From: Cercozoa sp. M6MM
Taxonomy: Eukaryota; Protista; Endomyxa: Ascetosporea
DNA: 64,000 nt
NCBI GenBank assembly: GCA_040357565.1
Contig: JBDODJ010000038.1
Direction: 5' to 3' (one strand)
Numbering within the stretch: the stretch's first letter is position 1; each line of letters opens with the position of its first letter. Under the pieces are notes generated by a model. That model made no database searches, was not told where the DNA came from, and saw nothing but the letters and a program-made list of their open reading frames with translations. This document shows positions 39,931-53,908 of the stretch, piece by piece. The position numbers and the translations under genes were made by a program.

Positions 39931-39968
39931 ATGCCCTGGGATGCCCTGGGATGCCCTGGGATGCCCTG
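39931..39968. repeat. (ATGCCCTGGG) x~3.8 tandem repeat upstream of the zinc-finger gene
   Basis: Seen directly. Confidence 0.85.
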
Positions 39969-40555
39969 TTGCGGAAGAAATGTGTTGCGGAAGTGCACAG
40001 CGAAAAGCGGCAATCGCCTCAACCCCACAGAGAGCAAATTCAAGGAACACAACAGCTGCCAGAACACAAGTGAAACGGTGAACTGATCGAAAACTGTGTT
40101 TGGTTTTTCGGCAACCTGCCAAGCCGGTGCGAAACAACGTCACAACGAGCCACGGCCAAACTTACAGCGGCGCGAAAGGTCGTCCACTGGAAACAGGTAC
40201 AGCACTCTGCAGCCCAGTGAGTGGCAAGCACCGTCAAAAAGACCCACGCACGTGACCTCTCATTCCGCCCAGCCAATCGATTGATCACTGGGACTGATCC
40301 GTTGGGGACGGGCTTCTCGTGCGGGCGTTTGTGACATCACCTATGTGCTGTCGACTGCCACAAAACCCGCGCGCTGGATTACGTGGCTGTGAGCGGTGTT
40401 ATTGGATGTCATCTGCAATCCCGAGCCACGCGGCGGCGACGGTTGAACCGTTTGACCAGATAGCTGAACCGATCGTTCTCGAAACCCAAAAGTAGTTTTG
40501 GCGGTTTCACTGGGGCACATTATTTGCATGACTTTCTTCATTCTCTCTAGGAAAT

Positions 40556-43500
40556 TTAAGACGCTTGCTTGCGTTTGGTCGCGTGCTCCAGCAAGTGCCA
40601 CTGTTTCCAAAAGAAAGTTAACATGAGCAGCACGGGAGGGAATCAACAAACAAAGGGTAGAGAACGCACGCTGCGCTCGTCCGCCGGACCTGTCATCATC
40701 AACAGCGCGGTCGCCGAGCGCTCCGCGTCAAAGCGCTGCTCGTAGTCGTGCTTCGCGTAGTGCTCGTTCAGTCGCAGCTGCGCCTGCACGCTGTGCGCAC
40801 ACACGGAATCAAACAAAATCCGAGAAAAAAGCATCCAACTTACGTCAAAGCAGCAGTTTCGACAAAGAAGCGCTCGTTATCCGAGTGGCCACCCTCGGCA
40901 GCAAACACGTTGACCTGCTGCTGGAAGATATTGCCGCACGCAAGCTTATACAAAGGCTTGGCATCGGTGCCACTCGCGCAGAGACGTGCACGCAAGAAGC
41001 GGTGTTCGAGCGAGTCTGTTTTTGATTTGCTGGACACCGCTTTGACGGCTTCAAAGGCGCCTTCGCGATCGTTTCGGAACAGTTGCAGCTGCACGGCGAG
41101 TTGCGGATTGAGTGCTTTTGGCGCAGCTTCGAGTCCGAGCTCCGAGGCGCGTCTTTCCTTCTCCGTAAGAGGAAAAGCCTCACGCGCGCGATCTTCGTCG
41201 CTCCAGTTTCGCGTCAATTTTTCGAGAATGACTTCGGCGATCGGCAGAGCTTCGTGAATGTCGTAGAGGATATACCTCATGTCCATCAAATACTTCACGC
41301 GGTGCACTTCGCGCAGCTTAGTCGACAGTCGCACGCTGAACTTGCTTCGCTGATCTTTGGTGAACAAGTTGACACCGCAGACCTCCTGCGCTTCAGAAAG
41401 CACGCGGAGGTACGTCGTGTGTCCAGGCAGAGACTACAAAAGCAACAACTCACAGGGCTCAAAAACGAAGCGAAAAACGTACTGGTCGCGGGTATTTCAG
41501 CAGATGCTCAGCTTCATTGACGTGTTCTTCGGCTTTCACAGAAAGCGCAAGTACGAGCCACGCTTCACACAAGCGACGTGACGCAACGTTCTCCGAGTGC
41601 AGCTCGCGCAACTCTTCCACTGTCTTCTTGAGCTCAAGCAGCGCCTCACTGCTCTTTCCTGTCTGCGTTAGAACCTACAGAACATGGACGTAAAGCTAGA
41701 ACGTTCAGAAAGCGAAGTGAAAGAACAACTCACCCGAGCGAGCGACAGCGTCAGCGGAATCTTTTCCTTTGCCAACTTTGCGCGTTGCTGCTTTTGTCGA
41801 AGCTCCGACACAACTGCTCAAAACGGCCAAAAGCATGACATTTACACAAGCACAAAATGAATGTACCCGCAAACAGACGCGCTGGCTCTTCTTTCGCCAA
41901 AGCGAGCGCAAACTCGAGAGAAAGCTCGTGCTTGATGGACAACGATTCGGCGAAAGCACGCGCTTCTTGCAGCTTCGAGGTGTCAGTTTTTGCCTGCTTG
42001 AGCAGCACACGAAGTTGCAACAACTGCAGCAGTCGCCGTTTCTCCTGGTCGCTTCCGCAAATATCGAGTGCACTGGAAACGCTTCGCGTTGCTTCATCAA
42101 GCTCGTCCATTGCCAAACAGACTTGTGCATGCAGGTACTGCACAAAGTATCCAAAAGAGACAAAAAACAATGCGAAAGTGATCGTACATAAGCATGAGCA
42201 GACGGTTGCCGAAGCGTGCGTTCAGCGATCATTTTGAGATAGGGTAAGTCGAAATCGAAATCCGAGGTCACTGACATCGCACAGTGCAGAATGCCCTACC
42301 AAAAAACGTCGCTGTTATTTTGGTTTAATACACGAGAAAAACCGTCAGTGTACCAGATATCCAAGTCGGGAACTTTGCAACTCGCAACTGCGTTCGAAAG
42401 CAGCAGCAGCAGTGGCCTGAACACATGAGACTCAAGACAGCAAACATAAGTACAATAAACATACAAGATGGCAAACGTCAAGTGCGAGGAATCCTCGCGC
42501 AAGCCACAGAACCGCATTGTCACCTTTCGCTTCGGACCTGTGTTTGTCATTGCAGTCAAAGCTCTTTCCAAAACGATGAGTGAACAATGAGTGGCTACAG
42601 TTGTTCGGCACGAATGGCAGCCGCGCGGAAGTCAGATGACTGTGACGCCAGCGATAGCAGGAACATGCTGTGCCAAGCCGAAGCTTCGCCTTCCTCACTG
42701 CACACAGTGAAAACTCAAAGTAAAACTCACAGTGAAACCTCACAGTGAAACCTCAGACAAAAAGCAAAGCCCGCAAGTTACGACAACGTGGCGGCTTGTT
42801 CGAGACAGTACAGCTGCTGCTGTTTATTGGTGACACACGTCGCCAGCGAGAGCCAAGTTCGCGCGTGATCTTCGGCTTGAGCGGGCAGCTCGAGTGCCTG
42901 CTGAAGCGACTCGGAATCACGAGCAACGACGCCGAGTTCGTGAAGCAAGCAACGTCGCACGTGCTGACTGAGATCATCGTAGGCGAGACACGTGCGCAAC
43001 TGATCGATCACACGCGTTTCGCCGCACTCACTGGCACGTGCTTGGGTCAGTGCGATCACTGCTTCGGCCACGTGGTCGCCCTTCATACCGGCGGAGCGAG
43101 CAAGCAACTCACGTGCCTGGCGAAAGAAACGATCGTGCACAAAGTGAGCACCACGGTCCTGCGCAGCTTGCGCGCGTCGCAACTTGGTGCACGCCAACAG
43201 AAACGCCGTCGGACGGTCCAGTTGTTTCGAATGCGTCAGTTCTTCTTCCTCCTCTTCGTTCTCATCGTCACTATACCAGGCACATTAAAGCCAAAAAGCA
43301 AGCAGACTGGAAGCACACATGTGAGAGGTAGAGAGGTACCCATGCAAAAGACGCACTGTGCAACGAAGCAGGAACTGCAACTCCGCACTGTCGGGAACAC
43401 GCTCGAGAGCTTTCGTAAAAGCGCTGTGTGCTGCACTGATTTGGTTGTTTCGCAAGTACGCGATGCCTGGAAAAACACACACGCACATACACCTATATAT

Positions 43501-45793
43501 ATATATATATATCTATGCATTGTTATATCACATACATATATATATATACATATATACAATAACGTGTGAAAACCACTGTCCACAACAAAAGATACCAAGC
43601 ATGTGCCACGCAAGTGCCGACAGAGCATCTTTGGAATCATGCACAACAGCCATTTGGCACAAGTGCGACGCACGTAGAATCTCGTGCTTTCGCTCGTCGA
43701 GATCGCTGCTGCTTTGCTCAAGCAAAAAAGCAGCGCGTCGCAACAGCGCCCAGCGCGCGTCGCCGTGTTGCAACGCGTCGTGGCGGCCCTTCTCGACGCG
43801 GCGCACTGCTTTGTCCAGCAGTGGTTGCATTTCGCTCACTGACAGTAGCTTCGACAACACGTGTACGGCTCGCGCATTCGAACTCGCGTATTTCAACGCC
43901 TGTTTCGCCGTCGCTTTCGCTTGGTCGCGTCGCTCACTTCGAAGTTGCGCCTCAGCCAGCAAAGCGAGTGCCTTCGACAAAAGAAATAAGCCCAAGAGAC
44001 CAAGAGACACGAACAAAAACCTCTGCCTTGACGGCATTGCTTTCGCTTAACTCGACTGCACGCGAAAGTGTTGCTTCATCGTTCGCTTTGGCGCACAGAT
44101 AGCGAGCAACAGCGTCGCTTTGTTCTTCAAGCACTTCGCTTTCGAAACTTTGGTCGAGCAGCGCGAGTTCGGCGCCTGCCGTGGCCTGTACCCAGGCGTT
44201 GCTGCAGTTCTGCAAGGCAAAGTCGCAAGCTTCGCGCAGTTCGGCCGCACTGGCGTCAGTTCGTTGCTCGCGATGCAAGCGCGAAGCAGCTTCAAGACGA
44301 ATTCGGTGCAGAGTGACACTCGCCGGCGCTGTCTCGGCAGCACGCGCACACAAGGCCAGGGCTTTCTGAGGTCGCTTCTGCTGCATACACAGCAGTGCAC
44401 CCGAGGTTTCGACATGAGCTTTGAGTTGCTTCTGCGTGTCACTCAAATCTCTGTCTTTCAGCATCGCAAGTGTCTCTCTGTACTTCCAAGAAACCAATGA
44501 GAGAAACCAATTTACATGACACAAGCACAACGTACTTGACAGCTTTCGACGCGAGTCGCGCCGCGTTCTTTTCGGCAGCAACACGAGCGAGAGCGGCGCC
44601 AAAATGCTGGTGCAACCTCGAGTCGCCCTTGTTGCTACAGACAAACTCTCTCACTCAGAAGAGAACAAAAAACAACACGCGAAACGCTCACCTGAACTCT
44701 TTCATTTCAAGTGAAGGCGAAAGGATAGCGCGAGCCATGCGCACGTTAACATCGTTCACTGTGGTGCTTTCAACAATCTGAGCAATCTCTGGGTTGCACT
44801 TGTCGCCGCCTTCTTGAGTCAAGTCGATCTGTACGAACTGGCACACGTACAGCACGGCGGGCAGGAAACTCGCGTCCTTTCGCAGCATGCCTAGTACAAG
44901 GCTCTCTGCCTCGTCGCTGTGCCGAGCAAGTTTCAACAGTCGCTGCTGCTCGGCGTGCGGCATCGCTTCCTCGCTTTCGTTCACGCGGCGCAGCAGATCG
45001 AATTCGAGGGTAAAGGCACCATGTTGCCACATGTGTTGCTGCACCTGTTGTCGCAGCTCGTTGAGATCCTGTTGCGTCACCGATCGCTTTCGCTTCGCAA
45101 GCGATGACTTGGCTTGATCAAACTGGCGTTTCTCCAAGGCAGCGCTGCGCTTGCTCGCGCAGACAGCCGCGCGCACGCAAAACGCGATGTCGCACTCGCG
45201 AGCGATTCGCTCGAGCAAAGCTTGAGTTTCGCCAAGTTCCTTGTCGCCGATTTCGCTGGCGTCGTGCAAAAGAAACTCGCACAATGAAAGAGCTGCATCG
45301 GTATCGAACTGCACTGCGAGCATTTTGCGTGTCAGCTGCATGCGCTCGCGTCTCGCTTCGTGCTCCTCAAGCTCGCCTGCTTCGACTCGTCGCTGCAGCA
45401 GCGACAACTGCGCACGCGTCAGTGTGATCGCACCTGCTTCGTCAGAGAAGTCAGCAGCTAACAAAACGGACAGATCAACAATGCACAGATCTTCAAGTTT
45501 CAAGCAAAAAGCACTCTCACTCACCATCTTGAAGCGACGTTTTTGCATCCTCAAACTCGCCGTTGCGTGCTTGTGCTGCACCACGAAGAACGAGGCACTG
45601 GAAGCGAGCGCTGTCCTTCTTGCAGAGAAAGAACGCCCTTTGAGCTAATCCGACGGCTACAGGCGACAAACATGTCCCAAACAGAAGTACAGCAGACGTG
45701 GAAGAGGTAAGTACCGTCATCGAATCGGCCCTCTGAAATTGCTGATTTTGCCTGTTTTAGCAGGCTCTTCGCGGTGGCTTTTGGCTTAGACAT
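40556..45793 (-). CDS. TTC37: Large TPR protein, SKI3/TTC37-like (superkiller complex)
   Basis: The N-terminus MSKPKATAKSLLKQAKSAISEGRFDD|AVGLAQRA resembles the SKI3 start (KTALKSARDAIRNKEY). DARWALLRRA resembles AKWAWLRRG. TPR-like helical repeats extend over 5.2 kb. Confidence 0.55.
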
Positions 45794-46082
45794 GCTACAG
45801 TAGTTGTGGCACACCGCCGCTACCAGTCTGATGCCCCACAGTGCTCTCTGTGAGTGGGGGGCTCACGTGAGCCCAGCGGACAATCTATCTTGTTAGGTTT
45901 TCAATTTTCTCGCTGCACAGCGCTCGCAGCGCCGCACCAGCTCGCTAGATAGTTTCCAGGCAGCATTCTGGTAGCTTGGTAGACTAGGTACCGGTTTTCG
46001 TGGCCAGATGCAAATGTGATTGCTGGCGCTCTTTTCTGCATGTGCGTTTTCAGCGCGACGGTTGATTGCTTGTGCAGAAGCG

Positions 46083-49000
46083 ATGGGCCGCAGGCGTCGT
46101 CACCGCGCCGCCGCCGTCGTTGTTCCAGACACTGAGGCCGCAGTGGTTGACGAAGTCGAGGAAGTTACGGATGAAACACGAGAAAGCGAAGTTGCAGTCG
46201 ATCTTGAGAGCGAAAGCGAGTCCGATGGAAAGAAAGAAAGGCTGTCTGCTCAAGATCCGAAACAAGAAGCAAAGGATCAGACGAAAAGCGAAGCCGCAAG
46301 TGTCTTTGTGCCCGCCTTGCCGGACGAAAAAGCGAACGAAACGAAGGCTTCGACGTCGAAGGAGGCTGCGAAACGAGTGTCGGAGACACTGGCGTCAGAG
46401 TTCTCGCAGTTCCTCCGCGCGGACCGACGAAAGCAGCGTGCATCGTTCTCGTTGCGTCCAGTGCGATCGCGCGTGAAGAAACGCAAGAAAGCGCCGGTCA
46501 AGCTGCGACCTGCCCGTGAGGTGAAGTTCCAACTGCACGCTTCGGCACCACGTGGCTTTCTCGAAGAGCTTTGTCGTGAACTGCCTGCGAAACGTCGTCG
46601 CACACGCGTGCACTCCGAGTTCCGACCGGCTCGCCGACTCCCGCGCGTGCACTGCGTCTTCCGGCAGCAGCACGATTTGCTTCACACGTCACCTCAGACA
46701 TTGCCGAGTGCACCGACTGACTGCGAAACCTCGCAGTACAATTTGCATGACACAACACTGTGGCAGGCACAACAGACACAAAGTGCCGTCGTGATTGAAG
46801 TTGTCGAAAATGGCCGTGTCTGGGATGGAACAGCTCGCTTCACTCTGGCAGAAGAAAGCGCGAATTTCAAGCTTGGACAACGCTTGGTTCTCCAATATTT
46901 TTGCGTGCTCAAAGATTTCACTCTCGATCTAAGTGGTGCAGTTTTTGAAGAGGTACAGCTTTCTTCGTTTCCCGATCAGTTGTGTTGGTTCTCTTGCGTT
47001 TGTTAACTTGTGTTTTTTAACTTGTGTTTTTTAGCTTGCGTTTGTTAACTTGTGTTTTGTAGCTTGTGTCTGTGAACTTGTGTTTTTTAACTTGTGTTTG
47101 TTAACTTGTGTTTGTTATTTTGCGCTTGTTAACTTGTGTTTGTTGCAGGTGCAAGCTGCAGCAGGTGTCATGCCTGGCCTTCTCGATTCGATCGCAGTGG
47201 ATTTCACGCGGAAAGCGCAGGAGACTTGGCGACGTTTGCCGCTGCTTCGAGTGACAGTGCAGTCGGTGACATACACGACGCTTGCCACGACTGCGAATAC
47301 GAGCAGTTTCGAATTCGAAGACAACGACGATGATGAGAATGACAGTGAGACTGCTCTTGTTCAGTCGCACAACCAGACGCAATTCGAATTCGACGACAGC
47401 GATGACGACAGCAACGAAGATCAAGTTGAAATCGACCAAGCGAAAGCTGTGTCAAGCACTGCCCAAAGCAACGTTGCGAAATCGCGTCCTGTGGCAAGCG
47501 AAATCGCGAGAGGTGCCAGTGTGCGCAGTGATCTCACCGTGCAGGTGCTGCGAAACAGCGACAAAAGCGAAGTGCGCAAGCTGCAGCTGCGCGTGTTTGG
47601 CCACTCGGAACTGCTCGTGCAGTCGGGCGACCTTCTGCTGCTTTGGCACTCCTGTGTCACTTCGGGTCTGTTGTTGTTGTTTTGTTCGCTTTGTTTTCTT
47701 GTTTTTCTTGTTGTTGTTTTGTTGTTTTTTCTTGTGTTGTTAGTGTTTTTGTTGTTGTTTTGCTTTGTTGCTTATGTTTTGTTTTGTTTTTTTTTGTTTG
47801 TTGTTGTTCTTGTTGTTTTTCTTGTTGTTCTTGTTGTTGTTTTCTCTGATTGATTCTTACTTTGAAGCACTGAAGCAGAGGGCCAAGTAGCGGTGCGAAA
47901 ACGCGACGTGTCGGTGGCGGAGAGCAAGGGCGCGGAACACGTGGTCACTCGGGGTCGTACGGTGCTGTCATGTGGCACAGTGGCACGTACATCGTCACTC
48001 GTAGTGACACACGCACTGATCGATCATGTGGGCAAAACCCTTGTGAGTCTGTGCGGTGTCGTGTTGGATGTGAAAGCGAGTGACACGGAGGACACTGTGA
48101 CACTCACACTGGTCGGTGTGTCACTGCATGTGTCGCTTTCTGTGCTACTACCAAAGGAGGTACGAGAACGAGCCTGCTCTCTCTGTGTGTGTTCGTATGT
48201 ATGATGATATATGAGATGATTTTGAAAGCGTTTCGGTGACAGCGTTTCTTTGATATATATCATCTTTCTTTGATGTAGATGGCAGGCGGCAGTGTGGCAG
48301 GCGACGTGATTCGTCTGTCGCAACTGCAGCTGTGCTCGGTCACTCCAGTCCAAGCCAATGTCGACAGCGAAACTCTCCTGCAACATACCGATCGAAACAG
48401 CAGCAGTGGCAACAAGCACCTCTCGTCGCTTCTCGTCTTTGTGCCACCTGCACTACGTCAACCTCGTCTCGCTGTGCGTTTCTCTTGCTTTCCGCGTGCT
48501 TTTTCGAACTGTAGCCACTTGTTCCAACAGCCAAGACACGTTATTCAAGCCAAAGCTAGTGTCGCAACTCGACTCGATCGCTGCACTTTTCTTTCGCCTG
48601 TATGCTCTCTTTTTCCTTCTTGTTTTTCCCGGTGTCTTTCGTGTTTTTCTCAGTGTCTTTCGTGTTTTTTTGTGTGTGGTCTGTTTTGCTTTATCGATTC
48701 GGCTGTGTCTAAACTTTAGAACGACCCGGAAAGTGTCCTCTGCGAACTCGTCTCGCGCGGCGGCGATCCGCTCCTGTCGATTTGGCGGCATCGCTTCCTG
48801 CCGCTCTCGGAAGCAGCGTGAGTCGCTTTTTTGCTTTCATAGTTTTTGTCTTTGCTTTGCTTTGCGTGCTTTGATTTGTTGCTTTGTGTGCTTTGCTTTT
48901 TTGTTGTTTTGCTTGTCTTTTTGCTTCTTGCTTGGTTGCTGTAGCGAAAGTGTGTGTGTGTGTGTTGTAGTAGCGAGGAGCAGTGCATCTCGACGTGCGA

Positions 49001-49831
49001 AGGCGTTCTGCGATGTGCGTCGTCGCGTCTGCTGCAGGTGCGGCAGCGTGAGACGCCTCAGCGACCGCAGGATCTGTACGAGCCGCACTGCGGCGTCAAA
49101 GTCGGCGACGTCGAGCTGCTTTTGCGTGGACACATCGTGACGCGTGTGCTGCACGCCGTGTATCTTCTGCTCGACGGCGACGTGCCCACGTTGCGATCGC
49201 TCATGGTGAACTCTGCTACCGAGCGATGTGCCAGGGTACGTTTCTGTAGCTTTGCTTTGAGTGAAAGCTTGGCTTTGAGTGATAATAAAAAGCTGCGAAG
49301 AGATGCGAAATGCCGTGCAGGTATCGATTCCGTGGCTGCTGGAGAATCACACAGACGGCGATGATTGGGCCGCACGCGTCGCTTTCTTCCTTTGCTTTGG
49401 CGTGTTCGATCCGCCGGTGCCGCTTCCACCCGGACGCAGCGAAAACGACGAAAACAACGTGCCGAATGCTGTCACGTCGGACGACTCGAAATTGCGCGTC
49501 TTTTTCGATGAGCAAGCCAAGCAGTAACCTTGCCTTTCTTCTGTACATGTAATGGCTTAGGGCGCCGCCCCCCCCCCCCAGGCACGGCATGCAGCTGCAG
49601 CACTTCGTGTGGACCACCGAGACTGAGAACGAAAGCTTCTGCCGCGAGCTGCAGCGCCGCGTGTTCGATCGCGTTCCGCTGCGCCTCGGCGGCAAGCTCG
49701 TGCATGATCCTTTTTGCCCGAACAAGACGCTACTGCTCGTGTCGCCGCTGGCATCGCACGCCCTGCTCAGCATGGCGCTGCTGCAACAGGCCGCTCTCAA
49801 ACTCGGTGTTCGGCCCGTTTCGGTCTCATAA
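46083..49831 (+). CDS. Large hypothetical protein: disordered N-terminus plus several OB-fold-like beta-rich segments
   Basis: Long exons. OB-like stretches include LQLRVFGHSELLVQSGDLLLLWHSCV, LVSLCGVVLDV and SVAGDVIRLSQLQL. The family is not securely recognised. Confidence 0.5.
47001..47140 (+). repeat. Intronic repeat of TTAACTTGTGTT-like units
   Basis: About 8 degenerate copies seen before the CAG acceptor at about 47148. Confidence 0.75.
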
Positions 49832-49936
49832 GTACTAGCAACTTCAACGCTTAACAAACATAAAGCCGACGAACGATCTAGCTCGAGCTGGCACAAGACG
49901 AAACGAACCCGAAGCGACCATGGGGGCAGAATCGGT

Positions 49937-51224
49937 TTATGTGAGCGCCTCGATGAGCGAAGCACGCATGTCGTCGACCATGGCCTTGTTGGACATGTCG
50001 CTCAACTGGAAGATGCTCTCGCTGCAAACGCAAACACAGGTGAGAAAAGGCTTCACACCTTTTGATAATGCAGCAAAACTTACATAACGCCGATCTCGTG
50101 CGACGTCGTGTCAGTTCCAACAAAAGCAGCCTGTTTTTATTAAAACACCAATTAGCTATTGAACAAAAGAAAAGGCGAAGAGAAAAAAACTAGGTACCCA
50201 GTCATTGGCCACCATGCCGGCACCAACGACATCGCTACCGCGGTTGACTGTACCGGCCGTCAGTGGCACACACAGCAGGTGTGACAACTCTACCACACAC
50301 ACAAAGTAACAGAGGTAACTTCAAGATAAAGTACAACAGGGTACCCTTCTGCTCAGCGACCGTCGTCTTGCTGTGCAGTAGGCCACCTTGGTTCGTGAGC
50401 GTGGCGAAACTGCCAACGAGCGCGTTGCCTGCGACTGACTGTTTGAAAACCTCGACGCCCAGCACGTCTGCAAAGCCAAACAAACCAAACGCTTGAATTC
50501 ACAGCTAAAGCTAAAACAGAGGAGTGGAAAAATTATCAACGGAGAAAGGTTAAGTAATAAAACAACTGTACCTTCAATGATCTGTTCTGTTTCGGCATCA
50601 ACATCGGGGTGCACAAGAGCAACATGATCGTTGCACTGAGCAAACACAGCCGTGATCCCATAAGTTAGAGCGCGAAAGAATACAAAAATGCTACCACAAT
50701 GATGTTGCCAAGAGCCGACAATCGCTCTTCAATGCGCTGCACTGTCACGTCGTCCGGCTGACGAAAGGAAACAAATCAAAGCTCAATTTCACTCAAAGCT
50801 TAAAGCTTGATATAAACAAAATACCAAAGCATTGCGCAGATGCTGCAGTTCAACGTCAGTTGTGGTCGATGGCACCAGCAAACCGTTCTTGTTGCCCACA
50901 GTGAGACGGCCGATGATTCGCATGCCGCCAATGCTGCAGTGGATCACTGGGATGTCATCGCCCTGAACACACAAACCGATCAAAGCATCCGCGCGGATCG
51001 AAAATTAAGCTAAGAACCTAAAACGTACCAGTTCACTCTCGAAAACAGAGTAAAAGTTCTCCGACGCGCCTGAAAAACACGTCACAAGCAATATTTACGA
51101 GAACACTTCTTCCATATTCCAACATAGTGAACGAAATACCGTTGGCCACAAGGCAGTACTTGTTTGTGAGGTTAACGAAGCACCCGATGTCGTTCGAGTT
51201 CTCGAACTGGCAGCGTGTCGCCAT
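49937..51224 (-). CDS. EIF6: Eukaryotic translation initiation factor 6
   Basis: [75 protein letters not shown]. 8 canonical introns. Confidence 0.97.
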
Positions 51225-51486
51225 CTTTGTAGAAAAAGACAGAAAAAACTGTTGAGTCGTCACCACGCCAAAAACAAAGTTTGGCCGGTTTATAACTGTC
51301 TGTTCACGCCGCTGGAAACAACGCGGCCGCGGTAGCGCACGTGACGCCCCTCAAAAAACGTTCTTGTAGCCATATTAAATATTAAAGTGTTTTGCGCGCT
51401 CCGCTAGCACCAGCTGCAACGTTTTTGTCATTTCTACACTGTGTGTGCACGTGGCTGACCTGACTACTGCGCAGCTCGAACCTGGG

Positions 51487-52127
51487 ATGTCCAGATTAAA
51501 CACAGCGTCACAAACAACACATACTGCAGTCGCGATTGCTCCGACCGAATCTGTAGTTTTGCAGGCATCGGCGACCGCAACACAGGAAGAAGTACATCAA
51601 AGCAAAAGACACAAAGGGTGCACTTGCCCATGTGTTTTGTGGGTAGGAAAAGGAAGCTCACCGAGTGCACTGGACGGAGGACACGCTCGACAATGAGCAT
51701 TTGGACCGAAAAAGTTCCAAATGTACATCGTGGTTTTCTCATTGTGACTTTTGGCGGTTTTTGTGCACACTTATTTTTATTAGGTTGCTGCATCTTCCAG
51801 AAACCGCACGAATTCGGCGAAAGTGACACCGAGAGCTCCGCCGACGAAGACTTTGATGATGAGGTAGTGCTGTCCCTCCTCTTGACCAACGTTGATGTGT
51901 ACTGTGCGATGCAGGAATCGCGCGAGAAACACCGCGAAAAACGGCGACAGAAGCGGCGGCAACAACTGCGCGCCCGGCGATTGCGAGCACTTCAAAAACA
52001 ACAGCAACAACAACAGGTAGCTTTGTTTCACTATGCAGTGGCAGCTTTTCATTTTGCGCTGTGAATGTGTGCGATATAGAAGCAGTGTGAGGTGCATGGG
52101 CATTTGCACTCGCATTCTACGTCGTAA
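51487..52127 (+). CDS. PPP1R11: Protein phosphatase 1 inhibitor-3 (YPI1/PPP1R11)
   Basis: RVHWTEDTLDNEHLDRKSSK|CCCIFQKPHEFGESDTESS, which contains the RVxW PP1-docking motif and the Cys triplet. Confidence 0.9.
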
Positions 52128-52715
52128 ACGAAGCACTGTCAAGATTTATAACGTCACACTATCCCACGCCAGGAGGTGTTCCGCTGTGTCGGTGTCCGGT
52201 TGACTTAGTTAGCCCGTTAGTTTTTTATTTAACTGTTGGCGCAGTTACGATTTCGGTCATCTACTGTAAATTGTATCGTTGAAACTGCCAACTGAAGCCT
52301 GCGATGATGCATTGTCTTCAAGTTTCACTACGCTAGTTTACAGGCATACTGAATAAACTGACAACGGCAATGGCACTGCGAGTGCAGTAGTAGTAATTTA
52401 AAGCAAGATTTCATAAGTAGCAGAACGTAAGTCTACTAGAGAGAGCCAGTTCTTCTGTTCAAACGCACGACAGGTGCGCACTGGTTTAGTTTTCGTTCGT
52501 TTTGCTTACAGGTTCGAGTCGGTCAGCGCTAGCACTTCATTGAGTTGATTTCAGCGCATTGTTTTAGCGTCCAGCAATCTGCTTCTTTGCTTCGGTTTGT
52601 CCAGACTCGCCGGAAGTAACGCGAAAGCTATGGATAGTTTAGATATTGAAACGCTTTGTATATTCATCTCAATTTACTAAAATACATACACTGTAAATTT
52701 TACTGAAAACTTGGG

Positions 52716-53422
52716 TTATGCTGATATAGCGTGACGTCCGAGATATGAGGCAAGTAATTTATACCGTTTTTCGAATTGGTCAACTTGGTCCGACTTCAGG
52801 CTGCTCGGAATTCCAAAGAAGCCAATTGGTAATAAACTGTAAACAGTACTGTATTTTACCCGGCAACTTGCTCGTGTCTCTGCCATACAGCGGAAGGGTT
52901 CGGACGTTCCTCGATAATGGCGTGTGATTGCTCTCCTCTCTCCTGCGCAAGTGCAATGAAATGGACTGCCTTCTGTGACTATCTGAAAGGGTCTGAGTGG
53001 AAACAACTGCAAAAATGACGTACGCGAAGGCGCCCACGCTTTTCACGGCCCGTGTGATCTTTCTCAGTGCGCTTAGTCTCTCGCGACACAACACCATTTT
53101 CATCTGGAGCCCAGTTTACCTTTCCTGAACTGAGTTCAATTAGCTTACTAGGAGCAGGTACCAGTGTGCATCACAGAGCTAAAGGTGCTCGAGTAAAAGT
53201 AGTTTCCCTTCTCTGCACATATTCAATTCCAGAACAGTATCACACCAAGCTTGCAACTGCACTCGAGTGTATGGACAGTATTCCGGCACGCAGTGCTGTA
53301 CCATCGGGACGACGCGAGAACTCGCGGCTTACGCGTGACGGACGGGAAAAGAAGGGGTCACGTTGCACCAGTTCTCCCGGTCGCTGGAAGAACGGGTCGT
53401 TGTCTAGAAGGCTTTGACTCAT
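52716..53422 (-). CDS. MLF: Myeloid leukemia factor (MLF) family protein, paralog B
   Basis: MSQSLLDNDPFFQRPGELVQRDPFFSRP...GNYFYSSTFSSVMHT|DENGVVSRETKRTEKDHTGREKRGRLR|ERGEQSHAIIEERPNPSAVWQRHEQVAG|LKSDQVDQFEKRY is clearly homologous to the gene at 9989-10591. Confidence 0.7.
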
Positions 53423-53908
53423 GTAAGTAGCACACTCGATACGTGCAGGAAGTTCCTTTTTGGTCAATTGAAACACAAAGTTGCAGGGCAAGAGAGTTGC
53501 TTTGCAATTTGCGGGCAAACGAGCTTGTTTGATTTGCTGTCAATGGTCAGCGGACGTTCCGCGCGGATTTACTGGATGATTGGTGAAATGCAATACGAGT
53601 CGCTAGGTGATACTTGAGTACAGTACCTCGGCCCAGCAGTCAGCAAAGCTGGACGTTTCTGACCATCCGACCGCGAGGTCCGCGATCGATTAGGACCAGA
53701 CCGTGACGTGTCACTTCGTTTTGCGAACTACTGTACTTAGTTCGTTGGATGCTTAGTTAGCGTAGTATAGGACCGCATTAAACCGAACCTACGCTACGTA
53801 CACGTACGCGTCTCGATTAATGTTTGCACCCGTTTGACGTGACTGGACGTGGGTGCGCATGAATCAAATACCGCGCTTAAACCATGCATTCTCGTGCCTG
53901 CATTCACT

